From contig JAKFXY010000029.1 of the NCBI GenBank assembly GCA_021731165.1, positions 9,291-73,290 on the forward strand: a DNA stretch of 64,000 bases. Direction: 5' to 3'. Under the pieces are notes generated by a model. The model was not told the DNA's origin and did no database searches. It worked only from the letters and a program-made list of their open reading frames with translations. A program made the translations under genes and the position numbers. Every line of letters begins with the position of its first letter. Position 1 is the first letter of the stretch. Source of the DNA: Acidobacteriota bacterium (lineage in GTDB: Bacteria > Acidobacteriota > Vicinamibacteria > Vicinamibacterales > UBA2999). Positions 9,071-18,827 of this stretch are shown piece by piece.

Positions 9071-10849
9071 ATGTGCGGGATTGCCGGTGTGTTCGGGCGG
9101 GAAGACCGGGAAGGCGTCGAGCGGATGCTCGGCACGCTGTCCCATCGCGGGCCTGACGATCGGCATCTCGTGTCCGGGCCGCGCTTCACGATGGGGGCAA
9201 CGCGGCTCAGCATCATCGACGTCGAGGGCGGCCGACAGCCGCTGACGAACGAAGACGGCACGGTGACCGCGTCTCAGAACGGGGAGCTCTACAACTTCCC
9301 GGTGTTGCGCCCGCTGCTCCTCGAGCGGGGGCACCGGTTTCACACCCACACGGACACCGAGCTGCTCCCGCACCTCTGGGAAGACTGGGGCACGCGGCTG
9401 CCCGAGCGGATTGACGGGATGTTCGCCGTGGCCGTCTGGGACGACCGGCAGCAGACGGGGCTTCTGGCGCGCGACCGGATGGGCAAGAAGCCGCTCTACT
9501 ACTGGGAGCATGACGGCGCGCTCTATTACGCGTCCGAGCTGAAGGCGCTGCTCTCCCTTCCGTCGTTCCACCGGCGGCTCAATCTCGAGGCGCTGCACCA
9601 CTATCTGGGTTACAAGCAAGTACCGCATCCGTTGACGATCTTCGAGGGCGTGCGCATGCTGCCGCCCGCCCATCGTCTCGTGTATCGTCCGGGTGCTCCT
9701 CTTGTCACCGAGCGCTACTGGCGTCTGTCGTTCGCGCCACGGACTGGATCCGTGCCCGATGAGCGCGAGGTCGTGGACGAGTTGATCGAGCGGTTGAAGG
9801 TGGCCGTGCGCCGGCGGCTGATGTCGGATGTGCCGGTGGGCTTCTTTCTGAGCGGAGGCCTCGACTCGTCACTGACGACAGCGCTGGCGGCTGAAGTGGC
9901 ACCGGGGCGAGTGAAGACCTTCACGCTGACCTACGGCGGCGATTCCTCCACCGAGGGGAAGGAGCGTGACCGCCACTGGGCACGGTGGGTGGCCGAGCGC
10001 TGGGGCACCGACCATCACGAAGAGACGATTTCCTTCGCCGACTATCCGGCGAGCATCCGCCGGATCCTGACGGCCTTCGACGAACCGTTCGCGGGCGTCG
10101 TGTCCACCTGGTTCCTGGCCGAGGCGATGGCGAAGCATGTCAAGGTGGCCATCGCCGGTGACGGCGCCGACGAGCTGTTCGGCAGCTATCTCTCGCACCG
10201 CATGGCGTTTTCCGAGGCGGCGAAGGGAGAGGAGCCGGACTGGCAGTGGCGGGCGCGTCTGTTGGTGATGTCCGACGAGGAGAAGTCGCTACTGTATACG
10301 CCGGACGTGCGGGCCGCGCTCGCCGGCACGTCGACGACCGGCCATTTACGAGCCGCGTTTTCGGACCTGACCGCCGAGGATCCGCTCAACCGCGTCCTCG
10401 AGGCCGAGTTCGGCGGTATCTTCCCTGACCAGGTGCTGACCTTCGTCGATCGGCTCTCGATGGCGCACTCGCTGGAGGTGCGCAACGCGTTTCTCGACAC
10501 CGAGTTCGTGGAGTTCGTGGCCGGACTTCCAGGCAGCCTGAAAGTCCACGATGGCGAAACGAAGTACATACTGAAGCAGGCGGCGGCGCGCTACTTTCCG
10601 GAGCCGATGGTCCGAAGGCCGAAGGAAGGGTTCATCATGCCGATCACCCAGTGGATGCTCGGCGATCTCCAACCGTGGGTACGTGAGACACTCTCGCCCG
10701 AGCGGCTCCGTCTGCACGGCCTCTTCGAGCCCGCGCGTGTGCGGGAGCTCATCGATCGCCTTCAGGCGCCGGGGGCCGATCATTTCACCGTCAATCGCGT
10801 GCTGGCGCTGGCGATCTTTCAGGAATGGTACGAGCTGTATCTGAGCTAG
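9071..10849 (+). CDS. Asparagine synthase (glutamine-hydrolysing) family amidotransferase, copy 1
   Basis: Starts MCGIAGVF (N-terminal Cys nucleophile) at the ATG at 9071, inside ORF 8906..10849. Motifs RGPDD, RLSIIDVEGGRQP and the PP-loop FLSGGLDSS are present. Confidence 0.85.
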   Translation: MCGIAGVFGREDREGVERMLGTLSHRGPDDRHLVSGPRFTMGATRLSIIDVEGGRQPLTNEDGTVTASQNGELYNFPVLRPLLLERGHRFHTHTDTELLPHLWEDWGTRLPERIDGMFAVAVWDDRQQTGLLARDRMGKKPLYYWEHDGALYYASELKALLSLPSFHRRLNLEALHHYLGYKQVPHPLTIFEGVRMLPPAHRLVYRPGAPLVTERYWRLSFAPRTGSVPDEREVVDELIERLKVAVRRRLMSDVPVGFFLSGGLDSSLTTALAAEVAPGRVKTFTLTYGGDSSTEGKERDRHWARWVAERWGTDHHEETISFADYPASIRRILTAFDEPFAGVVSTWFLAEAMAKHVKVAIAGDGADELFGSYLSHRMAFSEAAKGEEPDWQWRARLLVMSDEEKSLLYTPDVRAALAGTSTTGHLRAAFSDLTAEDPLNRVLEAEFGGIFPDQVLTFVDRLSMAHSLEVRNAFLDTEFVEFVAGLPGSLKVHDGETKYILKQAAARYFPEPMVRRPKEGFIMPITQWMLGDLQPWVRETLSPERLRLHGLFEPARVRELIDRLQAPGADHFTVNRVLALAIFQEWYELYLS

Positions 10850-11658
10850 CCGACGTGGCCTCGTCTGCCGACGTCCCGCCGGGCACACCGCGCGTGACAT
10901 TCGGCCTGTCGATGCTCGGATGGGCGCTCAACGAACAGGACAACATCGCCGGCTACATCGACCGCGCGGGCGCCTTCCTCGATGCGCTGACGGATCGCTA
11001 CGAGCTCGTGCTCATCGACGACGGGAGCACTGACAGGACGTGGGAGATCGTCACCGAGGCGCGGCGAACCCGCCCGTGGTTGAAGCCGTACCAGAACAAG
11101 GGCAACCGCGGCTCCGGCTACAACACCAAGCGCGCGCTTTCGCTGGCCACCGAGGACTATGTCTTCTGGCAGACCGTGGACTGGTCGTACGACATCCGGC
11201 AGCTCGCCGCCGCACTCCCGCAACTCGCGGAGGTGGACGTGCTGCAGGGCGTTCGCATCGGCACGACGTCGGCGACGCGTATGATCACCGAGCGCTCCGA
11301 CAACCCTTACAAAGGGCTGGTGTCGGTCGTCAATTACCAGCTGATCCGTCTGCTCTTCGGGCTTCCCTTCGGGGACTTCCAGAACGTGACGGTTTACCCC
11401 AGGCGGTTGATTCAAAGCGTGACGCTGGAGACGGAGAGCTCGTTCACCAACGCCGAGTGTCTGCTCAAGACCTGGTGGCGTGGCGCGACGTTCCGCGAGG
11501 TCCCGGTTCCCTTCATCAAGCGCGAGCGCGGGCTCGGCACCGGCACGAAGCCGCGCGCCATTCTGAAAGCCATCTCCGACATCCTGGGCTGGTGGCTCCG
11601 TTGGATTGTTCTCGGGCAGCGCGACGCCCGCGGGCGCGGACGCATCATTCCACGATGA
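10825..11658 (+). CDS. Glycosyltransferase family 2 (soluble, DPM1/GtrB-like catalytic domain)
   Basis: 277 aa with YELVLIDDGSTDRT and a NKGNRGSGYN-type motif. It overlaps the upstream asnB-like 3' end by 25 nt. The exact start is uncertain. Confidence 0.7.
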   Translation: MVRAVSELADVASSADVPPGTPRVTFGLSMLGWALNEQDNIAGYIDRAGAFLDALTDRYELVLIDDGSTDRTWEIVTEARRTRPWLKPYQNKGNRGSGYNTKRALSLATEDYVFWQTVDWSYDIRQLAAALPQLAEVDVLQGVRIGTTSATRMITERSDNPYKGLVSVVNYQLIRLLFGLPFGDFQNVTVYPRRLIQSVTLETESSFTNAECLLKTWWRGATFREVPVPFIKRERGLGTGTKPRAILKAISDILGWWLRWIVLGQRDARGRGRIIPR

Positions 11659-12350
11659 CGGTTGTCGTCCTTCAGCCGGGCTACCTGCCGTGGCTCGGCT
11701 TCTTCGATCAGCTTCGCCGGGCGGACGTGTTCGTCGTCTATGACGATGTGCAGTACGACACGCATGGGTGGCGGAACCGCAACCGCATCAAGACCGCGAA
11801 CGGCCCGATCTGGCTGACCGTGCCGGTACGGCACAGCGGGCTGGGTCAGCCGCGGATTCTCGATATCGAAATCGATCGCCGCACGCCGTGGGCCAGGAAG
11901 CATCTCGCGAGCATCCGGCAGTCGTATGCCGCCGCGCCGTACCTCCGGACCTGCATGCCGGCACTCGAGGAGTTGCTGCAGCGCCCATGGACGCATCTGG
12001 TGGACCTCGATCTCGCCCTCGTCGATCTGCTTGCCGGGTGGCTCGGGTTGACGCGGCGGATCGAGCGTGCGTCGCGGCTCGGGATCGAGGGGGGGCAGAA
12101 CCAGCGGCTCCTGAACATCTGCCGCCATTTCGGCGCCACCACCTATGTGTCGGGCGACGCCGCGCGTGACTACCTCGACGTGCCGCTCTTCGAGCAGCAC
12201 AGCATCGCCGTTGAGTGGCAAAGCTTCGAGCACCCGGTCTACCCCCAGCTTCACGGTGCGTTCGTGCCGTATCTCTCGGCGCTCGATCTCGTGTTGAACT
12301 GCGGTGATGATGCCGGGCGGGTGCTGGAACGCGGGAAGTCTCTGTTGTAG
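11655..12350 (+). CDS. WbqC-like family protein, copy 1
   Basis: ATG at 11655 overlaps the upstream stop (ATGA). MTVVVLQPGYLPWLGFFDQL...VYDDVQY...WRNRNRIKT...WLTVPV...YVSGDAARDYLD...LSALDLVLNCG matches the WbqC-family pattern as I recall it. Confidence 0.75.
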   Translation: MTVVVLQPGYLPWLGFFDQLRRADVFVVYDDVQYDTHGWRNRNRIKTANGPIWLTVPVRHSGLGQPRILDIEIDRRTPWARKHLASIRQSYAAAPYLRTCMPALEELLQRPWTHLVDLDLALVDLLAGWLGLTRRIERASRLGIEGGQNQRLLNICRHFGATTYVSGDAARDYLDVPLFEQHSIAVEWQSFEHPVYPQLHGAFVPYLSALDLVLNCGDDAGRVLERGKSLL

Positions 12351-12362
12351 AGTGAGTGCCAC

Positions 12363-13394
12363 GTGACCACGTATTTGATCACCGGCGGCGCTGGATTCAT
12401 CGGCAGTAACTTCGTCCACTACCTCAGAAAGACCTATCCGGAGGATCGGATTCTCGTCCTCGATCTTCTGACGTACGCCGGAAGTCTCGACAATCTGCCG
12501 CCGGCCGTCGGGCCCGACGCCGGGCGCATCCAGTTCTGGCATGGCGACGTCCGGAACGCCTCGCTCGTGGACTCGCTGGTGGAGCAGTCGGACGTCGTGG
12601 TGCACTTCGCAGCCGAGACGCACGTCACGCGCTCGATCTACGACAACTACCATTTCTTCGAGACCGACGTCCTCGGCACGCAGGTCGTCGCCAACTCGGT
12701 GGTGCGGCACATCGCCAACGTCGAGCGGTTCATCCACGTCTCGACGTCCGAGGTCTACGGCACCGCGCAGGGAGCGAAGATGGACGAAGACCATCCGCTC
12801 ATGCCGATGAGTCCCTATGCGGCCGCGAAGGCTGGGGCCGATCGTCTCGTCTACTCGTACTTCGCCACCTACAACGTCCCGGCAATCATCGTGCGGCCGT
12901 TCAACCAGTTCGGGCCGCGCCAGCACCTGGAAAAGGTGATTCCGCGCTTCATCACGAGCTGCCTGCTCGACGAACCGCTCCGGATTCACGGCGACGGCTC
13001 GGCCGCGCGCGATTTCACCTACGTCGAGGACACGTGCCGCGCGATCGACGCCCTGGCGCATTCCGGGCGCGAGCATGTCGTGGGTGAGGTGATCAACCTC
13101 GGCACCGGGGTGAGTCTGTCCCTCTCTGAGCTGGCTTCCAAGATCGTCAGGCGCATGAACAAGCCGGAGACGCTCATCAACTATGTCGGCGACCGTCCCG
13201 GCCAGGTGTTTCGCCACACGGCGGACGCGGCCAAGGCGGAGCGACTGCTGGGATGGAAACCGGAGATCTCCTTTGACGAAGGTCTGGACAGGACCGTCGA
13301 GTGGTACATGGCCAACAGGCCGTGGTGGGAGAAGCAGCTCTGGATGCGCGAGATCCCGATCATCACGAAGGCGGGAAAGCGCGAGCTGCACTGA
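12363..13394 (+). CDS. rfbB: dTDP-glucose 4,6-dehydratase (SDR family)
   Basis: 343 aa with ITGGAGFIGSNF, HFAAETHVTRS, STSEVYG, the YxxxK motif (SPYAAAKAGAD) and RPFNQFGPRQ. Confidence 0.85.
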   Translation: MTTYLITGGAGFIGSNFVHYLRKTYPEDRILVLDLLTYAGSLDNLPPAVGPDAGRIQFWHGDVRNASLVDSLVEQSDVVVHFAAETHVTRSIYDNYHFFETDVLGTQVVANSVVRHIANVERFIHVSTSEVYGTAQGAKMDEDHPLMPMSPYAAAKAGADRLVYSYFATYNVPAIIVRPFNQFGPRQHLEKVIPRFITSCLLDEPLRIHGDGSAARDFTYVEDTCRAIDALAHSGREHVVGEVINLGTGVSLSLSELASKIVRRMNKPETLINYVGDRPGQVFRHTADAAKAERLLGWKPEISFDEGLDRTVEWYMANRPWWEKQLWMREIPIITKAGKRELH

Positions 13395-13435
13395 CCGCCC
13401 AGTGATGGACGAGACCTGAACGACCCTGCGGGCGT

Positions 13436-13975
13436 CTAGGGCCGCGTGTCTGACGCCAGTCTGGCGAGAAGATACACGTCTACCGGCATGTCGCCGCTCC
13501 ACCTGTCCCCGCGCAACAGCCCCTCCGCACGGAATCCGGCCTTCTCGAACGCCCGTTGCGCCCTCGGGTTGATGGCCAGCACGTAGGCGTAGACACGGTG
13601 GAGGCCCAACGCCTGGAACGCCCAGGTGGCGAGCAGATCGATCGCCTCGCTGCCGAGTCCGCGATCCCGCGCCGTGACGTCCCCCATCACGACCCGGATC
13701 TCCGCGCGCCGGTGTCTCGGGTCGATGTTCCAGAGCCAGACATTGCCGACGTGGTGGTCGCCATCGATCGTCTCGGCCGCGAAGTAGCGGCAGTCCTCGC
13801 GGTTGCGCAGTCCCTCGAACCAGCGGCGGTGACCATCGGGCTCGACCGGTGTGACGCGATCCATCAGCCGCATCAGTTCGGCGTCGTTGGCCCATGTGAG
13901 AGTAGCGTCCAAGTGCCGTTCGGCGAGCGGCGTCAGCCGAATCCGTGGCTGAGCGGCGGGAGACGCGGCGGTCAT
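13436..13975 (-). CDS. GNAT-family N-acetyltransferase
   Basis: 179 aa. The RGLGSEAIDLLATWAF motif-A context and NPRAQRAFEKAGFRAEG are typical of RimJ/RimL-like GNATs. The ATG overlaps the upstream stop (ATGA at 13972-13975). Confidence 0.8.
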   Translation of the reverse strand: MTAASPAAQPRIRLTPLAERHLDATLTWANDAELMRLMDRVTPVEPDGHRRWFEGLRNREDCRYFAAETIDGDHHVGNVWLWNIDPRHRRAEIRVVMGDVTARDRGLGSEAIDLLATWAFQALGLHRVYAYVLAINPRAQRAFEKAGFRAEGLLRGDRWSGDMPVDVYLLARLASDTRP

Positions 13976-16866
13976 TCAGGCATCCTAGCGGTGCCGCGCC
14001 CTGAGCGCCACAGGATGAGGCCGACCACGGCGAGCCCGAGGAGGCTCAACTGCGCGCCTCGGCGCAGCGTCGGCGATGCGAACACGAAGTCCACGATGTG
14101 CTCGCCCGCGGGGACGCGCACGCCCTGCAGCGCCCCATCGGTCAGGACAATGGCGGTTGTCGTGCCGTCGATGCTGGCCTGCCACCCCGGATAGAACGAC
14201 TCGCTCAGCACGAGGAAGCCGCCGCCAGGGCTCGTCACGGCCACGCGAATCCGCCCGTCGCCGATCGAGCGAACGGTCGCCGAGCCACCGTCCGTCGCCT
14301 GTGCCGTCCCTCGCCCCGCTGCTGTTTCGGATGTAGGCCCAGGCCCCCTCTCCAAATTCAGTCCCGGCTCGGATCCCGACCTGGACCCTGGTTCGGGCTC
14401 CGGCTCGACGAGCGCGGTAAAGGCAGGGTTGAACCGGCGGCCGTCGGGCAGGAGCGAGTAGTGCACGGCGATGTCGCGCTCGCGGTCGGTGACCGGCAGC
14501 ACTTCGCCGGCGAGCCACGCGCGTGCGAGCGCACGGCGGTTCTCGAATGCGACATACGGCTGCTCGCCTGGGCGGCTCTCGTCGCGGCGGCGATCGGTGA
14601 ACCTCGACGTCTCGAACCGTCCGGCCGGACGCCACCGGCCGGTATCCCCCAGGAGCGCTCCGGCGATGGTCTGCGGTACGAAGCGGCCGCCGTCATCGAT
14701 CGCCGTCATCCGGTCGATCATCAACCCGCCTCCCATTTCCCCTCCCACCAAAATCTCCAGCCGTCCACCGCGCACCGGCACGGGAAGGTCGATGCGGGTC
14801 ACGTAGCTGTAGCGATCGTCCGAAGGATCGAACACCGTCCCGAGGTCGTGCGCGGCCCTGGCGAGCAGCGTCGGGTCCTTCAGCCTCTCATCGGCCACGT
14901 CTGTTCCGGCGCGCAGCGACTGCTCGTAGACGCCGCCGGATGCGTCAATCACCTTGATCGTGGCCACCGGCGCGCCTTGCCTCGCGTTCTCCGCGCAGAC
15001 GAGGTGAGTGGACAGGGCAATGCTGTGGACGGTGATCTCCGCCGGAAGTGCGTAGGTCGAGCCTCGCGGGTATTGCTGCCCGCATTCCTGTGGTCCTACC
15101 GGCAGCGAGAGCGGCGTGGATGCCCACGTGATGCCGTGCCGCTCGAGCGTCTCGCCGATGTCGAAGTCTTCCGCGTGTACGAAGACATACTTCACCGCCA
15201 TCAGGTCCAGGGCGGCGTCGTGATGCGACATGAGCGTCGGCTCGACCGACCCGTTGGTGCCCATGCGTGCGAGCTCGCCGTAGCGGGCCAGCAACATCGG
15301 CCCGTATCCACCGGCAATCGGAATCTCCCAGCGGCGGGCGAAGAGCGCCGGCGCCACCGCGTCGAGGTGCGTGCCGTCCGGGGCAAGAAGGCGCTGATGT
15401 AAAGGAGCCGCGGCGTCCGCCAGCCGGCGAGCGTGGACGCTGGGTTCGCGAGCGGCTTCGGCGGAAATGAGCGGAAGCTCGAGGCCGGCCAGCGTCATCG
15501 AATAGGGGAGCGCGTAGACGAGGTCGAGGCCGACGACGAGCAGAAGCGCGCCGGTCCAGACGCGCACGGCCCGCTTCGAGGCGAATCCAGCCGCGGCAAT
15601 CACGGCGGCGAGCATGATCAGCAACTGCGTCCAGATATCGCCGCGCCACAGCGGAAGTTGCCAGGGCAGGCCGGGCCGTTCATCGAACGAGAAGGCGCTC
15701 GGCCAGTGGGTCATCGTCATGGCCCCAGCGACGAGCGCCAGCATCATCACGACGCCGGCCGCCCAGGCGATGCGGCGGGAAACCTCACCACGCTGCACGG
15801 CTGCCACGCCGATACCGGCGAGCGTCGTGAAGCCGAGTGCCGCGAAGACCAGATGCCGCGCGGCGACCCTGAAGCGATCGTACGCCGGCAGCTCGAAGAG
15901 TAGCCGCTGCACGGGCGTGGCATCCCCCACACCCACGAGTAGCACGCCGATCGTGACGATCACCCAGAACAGCACACGCCAGTTGCGGAAAAGGCGGCTC
16001 ACCGCCACGAGCGCGAAGAGGAGCGTGAGCAGCCCGACGTAGGTAGGGGCCTCGCGGCCTTCGTGGAGGATCGTCGGAAAGACGATCGTGAGCATCTGTG
16101 CCGGCGTGTTCGCGTGCCCCGCGAACGCGTCGTACCCGACCGTCTGCCGTGCCGTGTAGAGGCTTGCCTCCAGCATCGGAAGCGTCTTGACGAGCGTCAG
16201 GAGGCCGCCAAGCGTCGCCATCGCCGGCAATGCCACGTAGTAGCGCCAGCTCGCGCGCTCGGCGAGGCCGCCCGCGACGGCGTACAGGGCACAAACGCTG
16301 CCGAAGTAGAGAAAGACCTGAGGGTTGCCGGCGAGAAAGCAGACGGCGAGAGCGAGCGCGCCGATGGCGATCCATCGCCACGGCCGAGGGGTCCGAAGGC
16401 GATCGACGGCCAGGAGGATGAGCGGGAACCAGGCGATGGTGTTGAGCAGTCCGAAGTGGGGGAGCCGCTCCATCATCGCTTCTGAGAGCGCGTAGGCCAG
16501 CCCAGAGAAGGCCGCGGCGGTGCGCGACCGCGTCAGCGAGTAGACATAGGCATACGCGCAGCAACCGGCGATCGCATAGACGGCAATGATGAGCGCCGTC
16601 CACGATCCGAGCAGTCGAAAGAGCAGCTGCACGGGATAGAGGGACGCATCGCCCGGATCGGCGAACGCCGGCATTCCTCCGAACTCAAACGCGGACCAGA
16701 CGGTGATCGGCGAGAGGAACTGCGGCAGGAAGTATTCGTACAAGTCGGAGTCGGCCACGTAGGCGTGCCGCAGAAACGACTGCGCGAAGAGCCAGCCGAA
16801 GACGAGCGCGAAGGCGCCGGCCACATAGACCGCGTGGCGCCACGGACGAGTGTCAGGCGTGTCCAT
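13972..16866 (-). CDS. YfhO-family polytopic membrane protein (putative GT-C glycosyltransferase)
   Basis: 964 aa. The N-terminal half is polytopic. The C-terminal beta-rich region ends in the ESFYPGWQASIDG...VPAGEHIVDFVF signature shared with YfhO-type proteins. It is a paralogue of 1..1163 and of the N-terminal domain of 55895..59251. Confidence 0.7.
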   Translation of the reverse strand: MDTPDTRPWRHAVYVAGAFALVFGWLFAQSFLRHAYVADSDLYEYFLPQFLSPITVWSAFEFGGMPAFADPGDASLYPVQLLFRLLGSWTALIIAVYAIAGCCAYAYVYSLTRSRTAAAFSGLAYALSEAMMERLPHFGLLNTIAWFPLILLAVDRLRTPRPWRWIAIGALALAVCFLAGNPQVFLYFGSVCALYAVAGGLAERASWRYYVALPAMATLGGLLTLVKTLPMLEASLYTARQTVGYDAFAGHANTPAQMLTIVFPTILHEGREAPTYVGLLTLLFALVAVSRLFRNWRVLFWVIVTIGVLLVGVGDATPVQRLLFELPAYDRFRVAARHLVFAALGFTTLAGIGVAAVQRGEVSRRIAWAAGVVMMLALVAGAMTMTHWPSAFSFDERPGLPWQLPLWRGDIWTQLLIMLAAVIAAAGFASKRAVRVWTGALLLVVGLDLVYALPYSMTLAGLELPLISAEAAREPSVHARRLADAAAPLHQRLLAPDGTHLDAVAPALFARRWEIPIAGGYGPMLLARYGELARMGTNGSVEPTLMSHHDAALDLMAVKYVFVHAEDFDIGETLERHGITWASTPLSLPVGPQECGQQYPRGSTYALPAEITVHSIALSTHLVCAENARQGAPVATIKVIDASGGVYEQSLRAGTDVADERLKDPTLLARAAHDLGTVFDPSDDRYSYVTRIDLPVPVRGGRLEILVGGEMGGGLMIDRMTAIDDGGRFVPQTIAGALLGDTGRWRPAGRFETSRFTDRRRDESRPGEQPYVAFENRRALARAWLAGEVLPVTDRERDIAVHYSLLPDGRRFNPAFTALVEPEPEPGSRSGSEPGLNLERGPGPTSETAAGRGTAQATDGGSATVRSIGDGRIRVAVTSPGGGFLVLSESFYPGWQASIDGTTTAIVLTDGALQGVRVPAGEHIVDFVFASPTLRRGAQLSLLGLAVVGLILWRSGRGTARMPE

Positions 16867-18820
16867 CAGCCGAGAGCACCGCCGGAATATTCACCGCTCG
16901 CAGGTCGCTCGCCTCCGGCAGCCGCCTGACATCCGGGGGCGCACTCACGCGATCCTCGAACCAGGCGACGAGCACCATCAGGCCCCAGAGCTCCCAGCCG
17001 AGGGCGCGCACTCCAGAGAGGTGCTCGCCCATCACGCGCGTCACGGCGGCCGAGTCGAGCAGGCCGATCCGATCCACTCGTTCAGGCGCCAGCAGCGATG
17101 TCATGAGCGCACGGCCATCTTCGCGCAGCCAACTGTGGACGGGAATACTGAAGCCCTGCTTCGGGGCGTACGCGTGCGCCCGGCCGTAGTGACGCGCGCA
17201 CAATTCACGCAGCGCGATCTTGGTGCGGCTTCCGGACGTTCGCAGTCGTTCGGGTAGCGCGAGGGCGAACGCGGCGACGTCCTTGTTGAGTAGCGGCGCA
17301 CGGCTCTCCAGCCCGTGCCCCATCGTCGCGCGATCGACTTTGGAGAGGATATCGTTGACGAGGTATTCGCCGATGTCAGCGACCTGGAGATCGCGCACCG
17401 TCACGCGTGCGACCGGGTCGGCCGCCCGCGTCATGGTCCGGAGCGCGTCGGCCGCAGCGTGGCGCAGGCGGTCGTCGGAAGCCAGCGCTGCGGCTTGCGC
17501 GGGGAGCCATGTGCCGTTCCACGTGAGGTGCGCTTCCCGCGTGGCCAGCGGCATCGCGCGGAGAAATCGCTGCAGCTTATAGCCGCGCCCCACCTTCACG
17601 CGGTCGTTCGATCCGAGGCGGCCTGCCACTCCCGCCAGCAGCGACCATGCGGCGGCCGGCAGCAGCGGCCGCAGCCGCTGGTGCCACTGCGACGCCGCGT
17701 ACGTCAGGTAGCCGCCGAACAACTCGTCGCCGCCGTCGCCGCTGAGGACAACCTTCAAGCGGCTTGCCGCCGCGCGCGACACCGTCCAGACGTTCATGGC
17801 CGAAGAGTCGGCGAGCGGATCGTCGAGGTGGCGGGTGACCTCCAGGAACTCGCTGAACACGCCCGGATCCACCGGCACACGGACCAGCTCCACGCCGATG
17901 CGCCGGGCGACCGCCGCTGCCCCTCGCCATTCGGAGAAGCCCTCGGTCGTGACGTCGGCGCAGAAGGCGGCCTCGAGCCGACCCAGCCGCGCCGCGGCCT
18001 GCGCGACCAGCGACGAGTCCACGCCGCCTGAGAGGAACAGCCCGACGGGGACGTCGCTGCGCAGTGTCAGCCGCACGGCCTGATCCAGCCGCGCCTGGAG
18101 CTGGTCGAGGACCTCGCCGTCTGACGTAGGAACCGTCGCGGCTCGGTCGTCGGCCGACCAGTATCGCGCTGACTGCCGGAGCCCCTCCTTGCCGTACAGC
18201 CGCCACTCCGCCGGCGCAAGCCGCGTGACGCCCCGCAGCATCGTCCGCGTGCCAGGTACGTAGTTGAGGCACAGATAGCCGCCAAGTGCATCGACGTCGA
18301 TCTCGCCGCTGCCGGCTCCAATGGCCACGAGGGGCGATAGCTCCGATGCGAAGACGACACGCCCGCCGCCGTCGGCGAGGAGCAACGGCTTCTCCCCGAA
18401 ACGATCGCGCGCGATGAACAGCGTCTGGTCGAACCGGTCGTAGAGCGCGAAGGCGAACATTCCTTCGAGCCGCGCGACCACGTCCGGGCCCCAGCGGGCG
18501 TAGCCGGCAAGGATGACCTCCGTATCGGAGGAGGTCCTGAAGCCAGCGCCGTGGTCCCGCAGCTCGTCGCGCAGCTCCGGGTAGTTGTAGATTTCTCCGT
18601 TGAAGGTGATGACGTAGCGGCCGTCGGCGGTGGCCATCGGTTGGTCGCCGGTGGACAGGTCGATGATCGCGAGGCGGCGGTGGCCGAAGAAGACGCCTGG
18701 CTCCTGCCAGTAGGCGCCGCCGTCAGGACCGCGATGCCGGAGGAGATTGGTGACCTTGCAGAGGTCGGGAAGGGGCGGCATCCCCTGGTCCCAGGCCACG
18801 TATCCGAAAATCCCGCACAT
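16853..18820 (-). CDS. Asparagine synthase (glutamine-hydrolysing) family amidotransferase, copy 2
   Basis: 655 aa starting MCGIFGYV, with RGPDG, RLAIIDLSTGDQP and the PP-loop LFLSGGVDSS. Confidence 0.85.
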   Translation of the reverse strand: MCGIFGYVAWDQGMPPLPDLCKVTNLLRHRGPDGGAYWQEPGVFFGHRRLAIIDLSTGDQPMATADGRYVITFNGEIYNYPELRDELRDHGAGFRTSSDTEVILAGYARWGPDVVARLEGMFAFALYDRFDQTLFIARDRFGEKPLLLADGGGRVVFASELSPLVAIGAGSGEIDVDALGGYLCLNYVPGTRTMLRGVTRLAPAEWRLYGKEGLRQSARYWSADDRAATVPTSDGEVLDQLQARLDQAVRLTLRSDVPVGLFLSGGVDSSLVAQAAARLGRLEAAFCADVTTEGFSEWRGAAAVARRIGVELVRVPVDPGVFSEFLEVTRHLDDPLADSSAMNVWTVSRAAASRLKVVLSGDGGDELFGGYLTYAASQWHQRLRPLLPAAAWSLLAGVAGRLGSNDRVKVGRGYKLQRFLRAMPLATREAHLTWNGTWLPAQAAALASDDRLRHAAADALRTMTRAADPVARVTVRDLQVADIGEYLVNDILSKVDRATMGHGLESRAPLLNKDVAAFALALPERLRTSGSRTKIALRELCARHYGRAHAYAPKQGFSIPVHSWLREDGRALMTSLLAPERVDRIGLLDSAAVTRVMGEHLSGVRALGWELWGLMVLVAWFEDRVSAPPDVRRLPEASDLRAVNIPAVLSADGHA

Positions 18821-18827
18821 CGGCCGC

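Noticed and set aside
6426-10849. Possible RiPP or lasso-peptide cluster (radical SAM/SPASM plus asparagine-synthetase homologue)
   Set aside because: Both AsnB homologues begin with MCG, the catalytic N-terminal Cys of genuine glutamine amidotransferases. As I recall, lasso cyclases typically lack it. I found no small precursor ORF, protease or transglutaminase-like partner. The surrounding genes are sugar-nucleotide enzymes.
11412-13895. 827-aa ORF on the minus strand, antisense to WbqC, rfbB and the GNAT region
   Set aside because: Same reasoning. It shows no recognisable domain and has a biased composition. It overlaps clear WbqC and dTDP-glucose dehydratase genes.
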